DNA of 33,823 nucleotides from a virus. Its lineage: Duplodnaviria > Caudoviricetes. The stretch is from positions 1-33,823 of the IMG/VR virus record IMGVR_UViG_3300012667_000562, one strand, 5' to 3'. Positions 1-7,598 of the stretch are shown here, piece after piece. The translations under genes were made by a program, and so were the position numbers. Every line of letters starts with the position of its first letter. Position 1 is the stretch's first letter. The notes beneath the pieces were generated by a model. The model saw nothing but the letters and a program-made list of their open reading frames with translations. It was not told where the DNA came from and searched no databases.

Positions 1-251
1 GTGCGGTACAGGCCAATGCCAGGCATCACCACGTCGCGCATGGTTCCGGCCTTGTTGTCCCACATGGGGACGATGTGCACGGGCTTTTGCATGGGGTCTA
101 GGCCGGTGGCCTTGCAGTAGCCCAGCACCATCTTGATGGCGTTGACGCTTGCGCCTGGGTACAGGCTGGTGGAAAGAACTTCGATCAGCTCTCCCTCGGT
201 CATTTGCAGCGCAGGCAGTGCGCCGGATTCGTGTTTGGTGATTGCGTTCAT
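1..251 (-). CDS. bet: Phage recombination protein Bet (RecT/Redbeta-like SSAP), 5' part, truncated by window edge
   Basis: Not in the ORF track. Manual translation gives MNAITKHESGALPALQMTEGELIEVLSTSLYPGASVNAIKMVLGYCKATGLDPMQKPVHIVPMWDNKAGTMRDVVMPGIGLYR; the CKxxGLDPxxKxVHIVP...GIxxYR pattern is the Bet N-terminus. Confidence 0.88.
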   Translation of the reverse strand, partial: MNAITKHESGALPALQMTEGELIEVLSTSLYPGASVNAIKMVLGYCKATGLDPMQKPVHIVPMWDNKAGTMRDVVMPGIGLYR

Positions 252-270
252 GGTGAAACTTGGTTTGGGT

Positions 271-462
271 TCAGCGAAGGAATGGGACGATCAGCGAGCC
301 CAGCAGCATTGCCAGGAACACCAGCAACATGGCGCGGGCCAAGTCCTTGAGGTAGCCGCGCGATGCGGGAATGGGATCGGGGCCGAGGTAGCGCTGGCCA
401 ACTTTGGCCACACGGGCAGGGCAGTTGCGGCCCTGGTCGCATTGGTAGTCGCAGCAGTTCAT
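271..462 (-). CDS. Small Cys-rich protein with C-terminal TM helix
   Basis: 63 aa, N-terminal CCxxxCxQGRNCP and hydrophobic C-terminus; ATGA overlap with the upstream ORF. Confidence 0.7.
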   Translation of the reverse strand: MNCCDYQCDQGRNCPARVAKVGQRYLGPDPIPASRGYLKDLARAMLLVFLAMLLGSLIVPFLR

Positions 463-560
463 TCGTCACTCCTGCGGGCCATGCAGCACAGCGCTGCAGC
501 CAAGATGCCAAAAGCTGCGCCGACGAAAAGACACAAGGCACCGAAGGCAATAGTCATCAT
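459..560 (-). CDS. 33-aa single-TM protein
   Basis: Manual translation MMTIAFGALCLFVGAAFGILAAALCCMARRSDE; ATGA overlaps at both ends; GGAGG upstream. Confidence 0.65.
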   Translation of the reverse strand: MMTIAFGALCLFVGAAFGILAAALCCMARRSDE

Positions 561-688
561 GCGAATTCCTCCGGCGCAATAGAGCTGCCAGCGATCCAGA
601 GGACGAGCAAAAGAACCATGACGGCGGGCCAGAACCAGGAAGGTCGGCCAAGGCGCACATACAGGTCTTCGAGTAGGTAAGGGGACAT
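557..688 (-). CDS. 43-aa single-TM protein, first gene of the PL operon
   Basis: Manual translation MSPYLLEDLYVRLGRPSWFWPAVMVLLLVLWIAGSSIAPEEFA; SD AGGAG shortly upstream; stop overlaps the next start. Confidence 0.7.
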   Translation of the reverse strand: MSPYLLEDLYVRLGRPSWFWPAVMVLLLVLWIAGSSIAPEEFA

Positions 689-817
689 GTTCACTCCTGT
701 AGGTTTCATCACAGCCACCCTTCGGAGCACTGCCCCTAGACTCGCCTTTGCTTCCTGTCAGCTTCGGCCACGTATCGCTTGGCCTTGGTCGTCTTGGTTG
801 AATTTGTGATGAACTGA

Positions 818-846
818 ATTAAACCATAGTTCAGCCAACACGTCAA
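818..846 (-). promoter_or_regulatory. PL early leftward sigma70 promoter
   Basis: Minus strand TTGACG (846-841), 17 nt, TTTAAT (823-818), overlapped by operators. Confidence 0.8.
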
Positions 847-854
847 CCATAGTT
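822..854. promoter_or_regulatory. OL operators (two AACCATAGTT sites, 822-831 and 845-854)
   Basis: Identical near-palindromic AACCATAGTT(CA) sites; the same motif recurs in the cI-cro interval. Confidence 0.8.
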
Positions 855-867
855 CATGCGCAGGCGC

Positions 868-889
868 AAAAAAACCCGCCGAAGCGGGT
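868..889 (-). terminator. Rho-independent terminator of the cI operon
   Basis: Minus strand ACCCGC-TTCG-GCGGGT followed by a T-run, just downstream of 913..1245. Confidence 0.85.
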
Positions 890-912
890 GTGCCTAGTCA
901 GCCGGGTTGAAC

Positions 913-1245
913 TCACATTTCTGGCAGGTCGTCGCAGAAGGTAAAGACCATGCAGTCTTGATAGCCGAATCCGAAAAAGAAACTGATGAATGCAGCGATC
1001 AGGGTAAAGATGGGAACGTCACTGCGCCAATCTTTTTTTGGTGGCCAAACGCTGATAAAAATTGCAGAGGCAAGAGCGACAAAGCCAAATATCGACAAGC
1101 TCAAAATGACCTTTGTTTTCAGCTTGATGGGGACGCTTTCTACAAGCGCGCCAGCCGCCCCAACTGGGGAGCCAAAAAGCACCACAAAGCCAGCCGCCGC
1201 CGCCAACCCAACTCCAATCATTCCAATCGTCTTGCCTGTTGCCAC
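913..1245 (-). CDS. Multi-pass membrane protein co-transcribed with cI (candidate lysogenic conversion/exclusion)
   Basis: 110 aa with about three hydrophobic segments; GTG start overlaps the cI TAG; visibly AT-richer than neighbours. Confidence 0.7.
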   Translation of the reverse strand: MATGKTIGMIGVGLAAAAGFVVLFGSPVGAAGALVESVPIKLKTKVILSLSIFGFVALASAIFISVWPPKKDWRSDVPIFTLIAAFISFFFGFGYQDCMVFTFCDDLPEM

Positions 1246-1907
1246 TACCTTCTCCTGTACTTCCTATGCTCCACCATTGTGCCCACTATCCTGATAGGGG
1301 CAACGTCTGACCGCATGGTGGGGTAATCCTCATTCAGCGGCACCAGCTCAAACACCACGTTGCCGTTGGCGTCCATGCCGCGCGGCCGGTACTTCTTGAA
1401 CGTCGCTTCTTCCTCCCCGTTTTTGGCTACGACAAAATCACCGGGCTGCGGGCTGATGTCCGGGTCAATGATGACCCTATCACCAGGCCGAAACTCCGGC
1501 AGCATCGAATCCCCTTTGATTTCAAGCGCAAACGCACCGTCAGAAAGTTCCAAGTCAGTTGCCAGCCAGTCATGTGCATCGTTCGGCTGAAACGGGTTGA
1601 CCGCCCCCATCCAGAGCCCGGCCGAAACATAGCTGATTAAGGGAATCTGCTTAGTACCAATTTGGGCCTGGGAAACGTTGCTTTTGTCTAGGACAAAATG
1701 GGTTCCTTCACCCGTGGCCAGCCATTCGGCAGACACACCCAAGAGGTTTGCCGCCTTCTGGTTGTTTGAGGCTGTGAACGCTTTTGTCTTGCCGTCCACC
1801 GCCTTCCTGGCGGCTTGGTAGGAAATGCCAAGGCCGTCAGCCAGCATCTGGGTCGTGTGCCCAGACAGCTTCATCGCAATCTTCAATCGCTCGCAGTAAT
1901 CAACCAT
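1245..1907 (-). CDS. cI: CI-like repressor (HTH + S24 autopeptidase)
   Basis: N-terminal HTH, VSAG cleavage site, GDSM catalytic Ser and TFKKY catalytic Lys; divergent from a cro-like gene. Confidence 0.93.
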   Translation of the reverse strand: MVDYCERLKIAMKLSGHTTQMLADGLGISYQAARKAVDGKTKAFTASNNQKAANLLGVSAEWLATGEGTHFVLDKSNVSQAQIGTKQIPLISYVSAGLWMGAVNPFQPNDAHDWLATDLELSDGAFALEIKGDSMLPEFRPGDRVIIDPDISPQPGDFVVAKNGEEEATFKKYRPRGMDANGNVVFELVPLNEDYPTMRSDVAPIRIVGTMVEHRKYRRR

Positions 1908-1968
1908 AGTTGGCCATCCTAGCGCGCTCGGTGTGAACGATGGTTGCTTTTACACTTGAACTATGGTT
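1902..1968. promoter_or_regulatory. OR operators: 1902-1911, 1936-1945, 1959-1968
   Basis: AACCATAGTT, AACGATGGTT, AACTATGGTT; same motif as OL. The first overlaps the cI ATG. Confidence 0.8.
1916..1944 (-). promoter_or_regulatory. PRM-like promoter for cI
   Basis: -10 TAGGAT (1921-1916) lies 8 nt before the cI ATG; the poor -35 region is covered by the middle operator, as in lambda PRM. Confidence 0.55.
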
Positions 1969-1972
1969 TAAT
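1944..1972 (+). promoter_or_regulatory. PR early rightward promoter
   Basis: TTGCTT (1944-1949), 17 nt, TTTAAT (1967-1972); mirrors PL; ATG follows 7 nt after the -10. Confidence 0.78.
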
Positions 1973-1979
1973 CAAGTGC

Positions 1980-2180
1980 ATGAGCAACATTACCAAGACC
2001 GAAGCCATAGCCATGCTTGGCGGCTCCACAAAGAGCGCCGCGCAGGCAATCGGCTGCACCGTGCAGGCTGTTCACAAGTGGCCTGATGTCCTATCGGCGC
2101 GCATTGCTGACCGGGTGATTGCAGCCCGGACGCGGCTGCGCAAGCCACATAAGCGCAAGGCTCAGACCGAGAACGTCTGA
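1980..2180 (+). CDS. cro: Cro-like repressor
   Basis: 66 aa MSNITKTEAIAMLGGSTKSAAQAIGCTVQAVHKWP, a Cro-type HTH divergent from cI. Confidence 0.85.
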   Translation: MSNITKTEAIAMLGGSTKSAAQAIGCTVQAVHKWPDVLSARIADRVIAARTRLRKPHKRKAQTENV

Positions 2181-2183
2181 GCC

Positions 2184-3059
2184 ATGAAGCACTACCCGCA
2201 CCACATTGGCGACTTCGACAAGGCGACACGCCACCTGACGCGCATTGAGCGCAGCGTGTACCGGGATTTGATCGACCTGTACTACGACACAGAGCAGCGC
2301 CTGACTTTGGACATGTCAGCGCTGTGCCGCCGAATCATCGCCCGTTCCAACGAGGAATCAACGGCCGTTGAACAGGTGTTGCGCGAGTTCTTCACGGAAA
2401 CACCAACAGGTTGGTATCACAGCCGCTGCGAGGCCGAGATTGAAGCGTATCAAGCCAACACAAGCCAGAAAGCCATGGCTGGAAAGGCCTCTGCAGAGGC
2501 AAAGCGCCTGAAAAAGCTGCATGCGTTGAACGAGAAAGCAACAGACGTTGAACAGCCGTTGGAATCCGTTGAAACAGAAGTCCAACGAAATTCAACTAAC
2601 CAATCAACCATCAACCAATCAACCAATCAACCAGTAAATACAGGCGCAAGCGCCAAGCGGGGCAAGCCCGCTGTGGTCAAGCCTGAAGGTGTGAGCGATT
2701 CGGTTTGGGCCGACTTCCTGGCCATCCGCAAAGCCAAGCGCGCACCACTGACCGCTACCGCACTGGAAGGCATCGAGCGCGAAGCCAGCAAGGCCGGGAT
2801 GAACCTGGCCGACGTGCTGGCGCTGTGCTGTACCCGTGGCTGGCAAGGATTCAAAGCCGACTGGGTTGCCAACACCAAGCCCGCAGTGGCCATGCCGCAA
2901 GCCATGAGCTTTGCCGAGCGTGACGAGCTGGCGCGCCGCAAACGCTGGGAAGAAATGACGGGCCGCAAGTGGCCGACTGAAGGCGATTCATTCGCCGGGG
3001 AAACCATCGACACCAACACCCTGGAGATTGGCCATGAGCCTGCCGACCAAAGCCATTGA
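2184..3059 (+). CDS. YdaU/DUF1376-type phage replication initiator
   Basis: N-terminus MKHYPHHIGDF..T.HL...E...YR.LID.YY; repeat-rich middle; C-terminal W.DF...RK.K..PLT...GWQG domain. Confidence 0.82.
   Translation: MKHYPHHIGDFDKATRHLTRIERSVYRDLIDLYYDTEQRLTLDMSALCRRIIARSNEESTAVEQVLREFFTETPTGWYHSRCEAEIEAYQANTSQKAMAGKASAEAKRLKKLHALNEKATDVEQPLESVETEVQRNSTNQSTINQSTNQPVNTGASAKRGKPAVVKPEGVSDSVWADFLAIRKAKRAPLTATALEGIEREASKAGMNLADVLALCCTRGWQGFKADWVANTKPAVAMPQAMSFAERDELARRKRWEEMTGRKWPTEGDSFAGETIDTNTLEIGHEPADQSH
2524..2634 (+). repeat. Iteron-like repeats (probable replication origin) inside the initiator gene
   Basis: Four CGTTG(A/G)A repeats and inverted CAAC copies, followed by an A/C-rich TCAACCAA tandem array (2592-2634). 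Confidence 0.6.
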
Positions 3060-3501
3060 CCGACTGTTTGAGCGCCTGAGCGCCACCTATGGGGCCGACT
3101 GGACACGCCAATGGGTGGGCGTGCCCATCACCGATGTGAAAACCGCATGGGCTTACGAGCTGTCTGGGTACGCAAACCGGCTTGAAGCGCTGGCCTGGGC
3201 GCTGGACAACCTGCCAGAGCATTGCCCCAACGCGATCCAGTTCCGCAACCTGTGCCGCATGGCACCCGCGCCAGAAGCGCCAAGGCTGCCAGAGCCAAAG
3301 GCAGACCCCGAGCGACTGAAGCGTGAGCTTTCCAAGCTGGGCGAGATTCGCGCAAAGGCTGTGGCCGCGCCAACCGTGGATCACAAAGCCTGGGCGCGCC
3401 GCATCGTGGCCCGGCATGCGGACGGCGAAAAGGTGAACCAGACCAGCCTGCAGATGGCCCGCGATGCGCTGCGCATGCACCTTGACGCGGAGGCTGCGTG
3501 A
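3034..3501 (+). CDS. Replication accessory protein (P-like/helicase-loader position)
   Basis: Overlaps the initiator 3' end; SD GGAG before ATG 3034; LF.RL...YG..W and P....F..LC motifs seen in lambdoid P-position proteins. Confidence 0.6.
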   Translation: MSLPTKAIDRLFERLSATYGADWTRQWVGVPITDVKTAWAYELSGYANRLEALAWALDNLPEHCPNAIQFRNLCRMAPAPEAPRLPEPKADPERLKRELSKLGEIRAKAVAAPTVDHKAWARRIVARHADGEKVNQTSLQMARDALRMHLDAEAA

Positions 3502-3713
3502 CATGCCAAGCCTGCGAATCATTCAAAGCACGGCCGCTCAGTGGGGCGTACCGGTTCCAGTGTCTCGACTGCTGCACGCGGCTGGTGCTGACCACGCACC
3601 CTAACAAGCGGCTGGCCGCCGCGATGCTGGCGGCGATAGAGCGCTTTCCGCAAAACCCTGGCCGGGAATCAGTGCTGGAGTCCGTGCGCCAGAGCCTTGG
3701 GAAACGCCCCTGA
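3498..3713 (+). CDS. Small Cys4 zinc-binding protein
   Basis: CQAC...CLDCC; GTGA overlap with the upstream gene. Confidence 0.65.
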   Translation: MTCQACESFKARPLSGAYRFQCLDCCTRLVLTTHPNKRLAAAMLAAIERFPQNPGRESVLESVRQSLGKRP

Positions 3714-3753
3714 GCTTTGAAGAAGTCGCCCATGGGGTGCGGGAAGGTTTGCT

Positions 3754-3957
3754 GTGACGATGTACTGCGCCCTGTGCGGCCGCCCCATGGATCAAGCCGC
3801 CGTGCTGATTGGTTCGCTGCCCGTGGGCGCCAAGCGTGCAGGCCTGATGCCGCTGGCCCAGCGCAAGAGCGGCCTGGTGTTCCCGGTGCTGCGCAAGAAG
3901 ATCGTCAAGCCGCAGCATCCGCTGACGCCCGACATGTTTGACGAGGTGCCCGCGTGA
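3754..3957 (+). CDS. Small hypothetical protein (CxxC)
   Basis: CALCGRP N-terminus; GTGA overlap with ninB. Confidence 0.6.
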   Translation: MTMYCALCGRPMDQAAVLIGSLPVGAKRAGLMPLAQRKSGLVFPVLRKKIVKPQHPLTPDMFDEVPA

Positions 3958-4394
3958 CTGACCGCGCCGTCATCCGCTGCTTTGAACCCGTGCAGGCGCA
4001 CAAGGCGCTGACCACGCAAGTCTGGCCGCACCTGAAAAACTGGCTGATGGCTGGCCACCGCATGGTGGTGGAAGTCAGGCCCGAGACCCGCAGCCTGGCG
4101 CAGAACGCGCGCCTGTGGGCCATGCTGACCGACATCAGCCGACAAGTGGACTGGTACGGCCGCAAGCTGACGCCAGAGGAATGGAAGCACGTTTTCACCG
4201 CAGCCCTGAGCAAGCAGGACGTGGTGCCCGGCATTGATGGCGGGTTTGTGGTGCTGGGCAAGTCCACCAGCCGCATGACCAAAAGCGAAATGGCCGAGCT
4301 GCAGACGCTGATGGAAGCGTTTGGCGCAGAGAAGGGCGTGCGGTTTTCCGCGCCTGAGTACGTTGACCCCGAGACCGGGGAGATTCTGCAGTGA
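3954..4394 (+). CDS. ninB: NinB/Orf recombination mediator
   Basis: RSLAQNARLWAML.DIS.QV.W.G..L..EEWK..F and STSRM...EM.EL motifs. Confidence 0.9.
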   Translation: MTDRAVIRCFEPVQAHKALTTQVWPHLKNWLMAGHRMVVEVRPETRSLAQNARLWAMLTDISRQVDWYGRKLTPEEWKHVFTAALSKQDVVPGIDGGFVVLGKSTSRMTKSEMAELQTLMEAFGAEKGVRFSAPEYVDPETGEILQ

Positions 4395-4648
4395 ACAACC
4401 GCCTGACCGCCCGGCAGCGCGCGCACATCCAGCGCGTCAAGGCGTTGCCATGCAGTGTGTGTGACGCACCCGGCCCCAGTGATGCCCACCACATTGAGCA
4501 AGCCCTTCAGTTTTGCGTGGTGGCGCTGTGCAAGGACTGCCACCAAGGCAGCCACAACGGCATCCATGGCCGCCGCGCCATGTGGAACGTGATGCGGATG
4601 ACCGAGCTGGCCGCCCTGAACGTGACCATTGAAAGGCTGCTTGCGTGA
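4391..4648 (+). CDS. Ref-like/HNH-type zinc nuclease
   Basis: LPCSVC...AHHI...VALCKDCH.G..GIHG. Confidence 0.7.
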   Translation: MNNRLTARQRAHIQRVKALPCSVCDAPGPSDAHHIEQALQFCVVALCKDCHQGSHNGIHGRRAMWNVMRMTELAALNVTIERLLA

Positions 4649-4878
4649 AGCGTGACATGGATGTTGACCACTTTCCACCGGGCACCCGCGTGATGACCCC
4701 CACCGGGCGCACTGGCACGGTCATCAAGCACCGTGGCTTTGAAAGCAAGTTGGATCACTTCCTGCGCGTGACCGTGCAGATTGACGGCGGCACCCGCCAT
4801 GACCTGGTGACGCTGCAGCCCCACCTACTTACCAAATGTCCGCCAGAGACACACCCAGCAACAAGAATCGAAGCATGA
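4645..4878 (+). CDS. Hypothetical protein (SH3/KOW-like beta barrel)
   Basis: [17 protein letters not shown]; overlapping start and stop with neighbours. Confidence 0.6.
   Translation: MKRDMDVDHFPPGTRVMTPTGRTGTVIKHRGFESKLDHFLRVTVQIDGGTRHDLVTLQPHLLTKCPPETHPATRIEA
4834..4868 (+). promoter_or_regulatory. Putative late promoter copy 1 (before rusA-terS-terL)
   Basis: AAATGTCCG-N20-AAGAAT, 6 nt before ATG 4875. Confidence 0.6.
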
Positions 4879-5243
4879 CCGTTGAATTGACACTGCCCTG
4901 GCCACCCAAAGACCTGAGCCCAAATGCCCGCGTGCACTGGACCAAGCGAAGCAAGGCCGCCAAGGCGTACCGCGAAGCCTGTTTCTGGGAAGCCAAGCGA
5001 CTGCTGGCCGCAGGTGGATGGCAAGACCTACCCGCTGAAGGCGACTTGCACCTTTGGCTGGACTTTTACCCGCCAGACCGCAGACACCGTGACGACGACA
5101 ACCTGACCGCCGCATTCAAAGCTGGCCGCGATGGCCTGGCCGACGCCTTGGGCGTGAACGACAAGCGGTTTCGCTCGCATCCGTACCTGAAGGACATGGT
5201 GGCGGGCATGGTCAAGGTGCGAATCACCGGGGGAGCGGCGTGA
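4875..5243 (+). CDS. rusA: RusA-like Holliday junction resolvase
   Basis: [21 protein letters not shown]...K...D acidic catalytic motif, ND.RF. Confidence 0.85.
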   Translation: MTVELTLPWPPKDLSPNARVHWTKRSKAAKAYREACFWEAKRLLAAGGWQDLPAEGDLHLWLDFYPPDRRHRDDDNLTAAFKAGRDGLADALGVNDKRFRSHPYLKDMVAGMVKVRITGGAA

Positions 5244-5638
5244 AGAAGCAACGCAAGCCCGCTGGCATGCACCCATTCATCAAGCAGGCGCTGCGCGCCA
5301 AGTGGGAATCCAAGGCGGTGCTGGGCCAGATTCACGCGCTGACGGGTGACAACCACGAAAAGCTGCCGGCCTTCGGGGCTGTGCTGCTGTTTGTGGCCAG
5401 CGCTTGCGCCGTGCACCTGGGCTGGACTGGTGACGAGCCCGATATGCGAATCGTGCGCGCATCCATCAATGCCCTGGACGAACTGGCCAAGCGGCAGGCC
5501 ATCACCGAGCTGGACAGGGGAGCGCTGCACTCCGGGATGATGGCCGCCCACCGAATCATTGAAGTCACGCCCATTGAGGTAGTCACCGACGCGGCCGCCA
5601 TCTATGACCGCATGAGTTTGGATTGGGGTAAGCGCTGA
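5240..5638 (+). CDS. Hypothetical protein
   Basis: 132 aa, coupled to rusA and terS; no motif recognised. Confidence 0.7.
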   Translation: MKKQRKPAGMHPFIKQALRAKWESKAVLGQIHALTGDNHEKLPAFGAVLLFVASACAVHLGWTGDEPDMRIVRASINALDELAKRQAITELDRGALHSGMMAAHRIIEVTPIEVVTDAAAIYDRMSLDWGKR

Positions 5639-6216
5639 TGGGCCGCCCGTCCAAGTTGAGCCCGGATCAATGGGCCGAGATTGAGCGAAGGCTTGCTGCA
5701 GGTGAGGGCGCATCGGACTTGGCCCGCGAGTTCGGCATCAGCCCGGCTTCGGTTTCTGTACGGGTTTCTAAAGTTTCTAAAAAAGTTTCAGAAACTGCCT
5801 TCAAGCTGGCCGAAGCCCAGACGGCGCTGGCCGAATTGCCTGTGGCGCAGCAATACGCGGCCGTGAGCCTGGCGGAAAAGCTGCGCGCCATCAGCGTGAG
5901 CTTGGCCAACGCGGCAGAGCTGGGAGCCAAGACCGCCCACCGGCTGCATGCCCTGGCCAATTCCGAAGTGGAGAAGGTGGACGATGCCAGCCCGCTGCAG
6001 TCAATCGAGGCGCTGAAGGGCGTGAGCGTGCTGACCAAGTTGGCCAACGACTCCAGCCAGATTGCCGTCAACCTGCTGAACGCCAACCGCGAGACCGTGA
6101 AGGAAGCGAACCGGCCCGCGTCTGATGCCGCACCGGCTGGCGTGCTGGTGGTGCCGGGTGCCATGAATGAAAAGGACTGGGAAAAGATGATGGCCAAGCA
6201 AGGGGGCAGCGCTTGA
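5638..6216 (+). CDS. terS: Terminase small subunit (N-terminal HTH)
   Basis: MGRPSKL...W....RRL..GE....LAREFGIS HTH; immediately precedes terL. Confidence 0.75.
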   Translation: MGRPSKLSPDQWAEIERRLAAGEGASDLAREFGISPASVSVRVSKVSKKVSETAFKLAEAQTALAELPVAQQYAAVSLAEKLRAISVSLANAAELGAKTAHRLHALANSEVEKVDDASPLQSIEALKGVSVLTKLANDSSQIAVNLLNANRETVKEANRPASDAAPAGVLVVPGAMNEKDWEKMMAKQGGSA

Positions 6217-7595
6217 CGACACGCTGGGCCCCACTGCCTGGCGCGCAGTTCCAATTCTTGACGTGCCCCATCTTTGAGGCGCTGATGCACGGCACCCGTG
6301 GTGGCGGCAAGACCGACACGCTGCTGATGGACTTTGCGCAACACACCGGCAAAGGGTTTGGCCAGCACTGGCGTGGCGTGCTGTTCCGCCTGACCTACCC
6401 GCAACTGGCGGACGTGGTGGCCAAGAGCCGCCGATGGTTCACCCAAATGTTTCCCGAGGCCAAATTTAACAAAGCGGATTACTACTGGGAGTGGCCCACG
6501 GGCGAAATGCTGTTCTTCCGGTACGGCGCGACTGAGGACGATTACTGGAACTACCACGGCCACGAATACCCGTGGCTTGGCTTTGAGGAATTGACCAACT
6601 GGCGCGACTTGAGTTTCTACGAGGCCATGCAATCCACCTGCCGCAGCTCATTTCCTGGCATGCCGCGCCGGGTGCGTGGCACCTGCAACCCATTCGGCAA
6701 GGGCCATGGTGCGGTGAAGGAGCGCTTCAGGCTGGGGCAGGGCGGTGTGCCATCGGGCCAAGTCATCCGCGAAGACGGCGAGAAGCCGCGCGTGGCGATC
6801 CGCTCCAGCATCTTTGAAAACAAGATTCTGCTGGCCAATGACCCGGACTACTTGGCCACGCTGGAGAGCCTGAAAGACCCGAACCGGCGCAAGGCGTGGC
6901 TGGAAGGGGATTGGGACATCCATGTGGGCAGCTTTCTGGAAGGCGTGTGGGACGCCAAGAAGCATGTGGTGCAGCCCTTTGCCATTCCCGCCACCTGGAA
7001 GGTGTGGAAGTCCATGGACTGGGGCTATGCCCGGCCGTATGCCTGCTACTGGTTTGCGCTTGACCCGGACGGCACGCACTACATCTGGCGCGAGCTGTAC
7101 GGCATTGGTGAAAAGCCCAACGAGGGTAGCCGCGAGGATGCTGTGAAGGTGGCCAAGAAGATCAATGCCATCGAGGAACACGACGAGCGCTTGGGCTACG
7201 AGTACCGCCTGAACCTGGCTGACCCGGCCATCTTCAGCAAGATTGGCGCTGACCGCTCCATTGGCCAGATATTCCGCGAGACCGGCGTGAAGTGGCTGGA
7301 AGCCTGGAATGCCAAGGGCAGCCGGGTGAATGGTGCGCAGGAAATCATCCGCCTGCTGGCCGAGGGACGGCTGAAGGTGTTTTCCACCTGCAAGCACTGG
7401 ATTCGCACGGTGCCCAGCCTGCCGCCCAGCGATGACAACCCGGAAGACGTGGACACCGATGCCGAAGACCACGCATGGGACGCCACCCGCTACGGAATCA
7501 TGCGCCGTCGTCGCAACCCGGAAGAACAAATATCCGGCGACCTGGACGAGCCGACATACAAACACGATAACGACACATACACGATGAAGGTGTAA
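6213..7595 (+). CDS. terL: Terminase large subunit
   Basis: Walker A GTRGGGKT, Walker B WLGFEE, TCNP motif III, nuclease DWG and DHAWDATRY. Confidence 0.95.
   Translation: MTTRWAPLPGAQFQFLTCPIFEALMHGTRGGGKTDTLLMDFAQHTGKGFGQHWRGVLFRLTYPQLADVVAKSRRWFTQMFPEAKFNKADYYWEWPTGEMLFFRYGATEDDYWNYHGHEYPWLGFEELTNWRDLSFYEAMQSTCRSSFPGMPRRVRGTCNPFGKGHGAVKERFRLGQGGVPSGQVIREDGEKPRVAIRSSIFENKILLANDPDYLATLESLKDPNRRKAWLEGDWDIHVGSFLEGVWDAKKHVVQPFAIPATWKVWKSMDWGYARPYACYWFALDPDGTHYIWRELYGIGEKPNEGSREDAVKVAKKINAIEEHDERLGYEYRLNLADPAIFSKIGADRSIGQIFRETGVKWLEAWNAKGSRVNGAQEIIRLLAEGRLKVFSTCKHWIRTVPSLPPSDDNPEDVDTDAEDHAWDATRYGIMRRRRNPEEQISGDLDEPTYKHDNDTYTMKV
7528..7562 (+). promoter_or_regulatory. Putative late promoter copy 2 (before portal)
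   Basis: AAATATCCG-N20-TACAAA within the terL 3' end. Confidence 0.5.
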
Positions 7596-7598
7596 CTG

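Noticed and set aside
133-680. Plus-strand ORFs 133..582 and 363..680
   Set aside because: They overlap the coherent minus-strand PL operon (bet and the micro-ORFs).
1944-1979. ORF-track upstream start for cro (similar extensions at 10829, 17693, 19092, 20361, 27978)
   Set aside because: The extensions overlap promoters or upstream genes; downstream ATGs fit SD, coupling or promoter geometry better.
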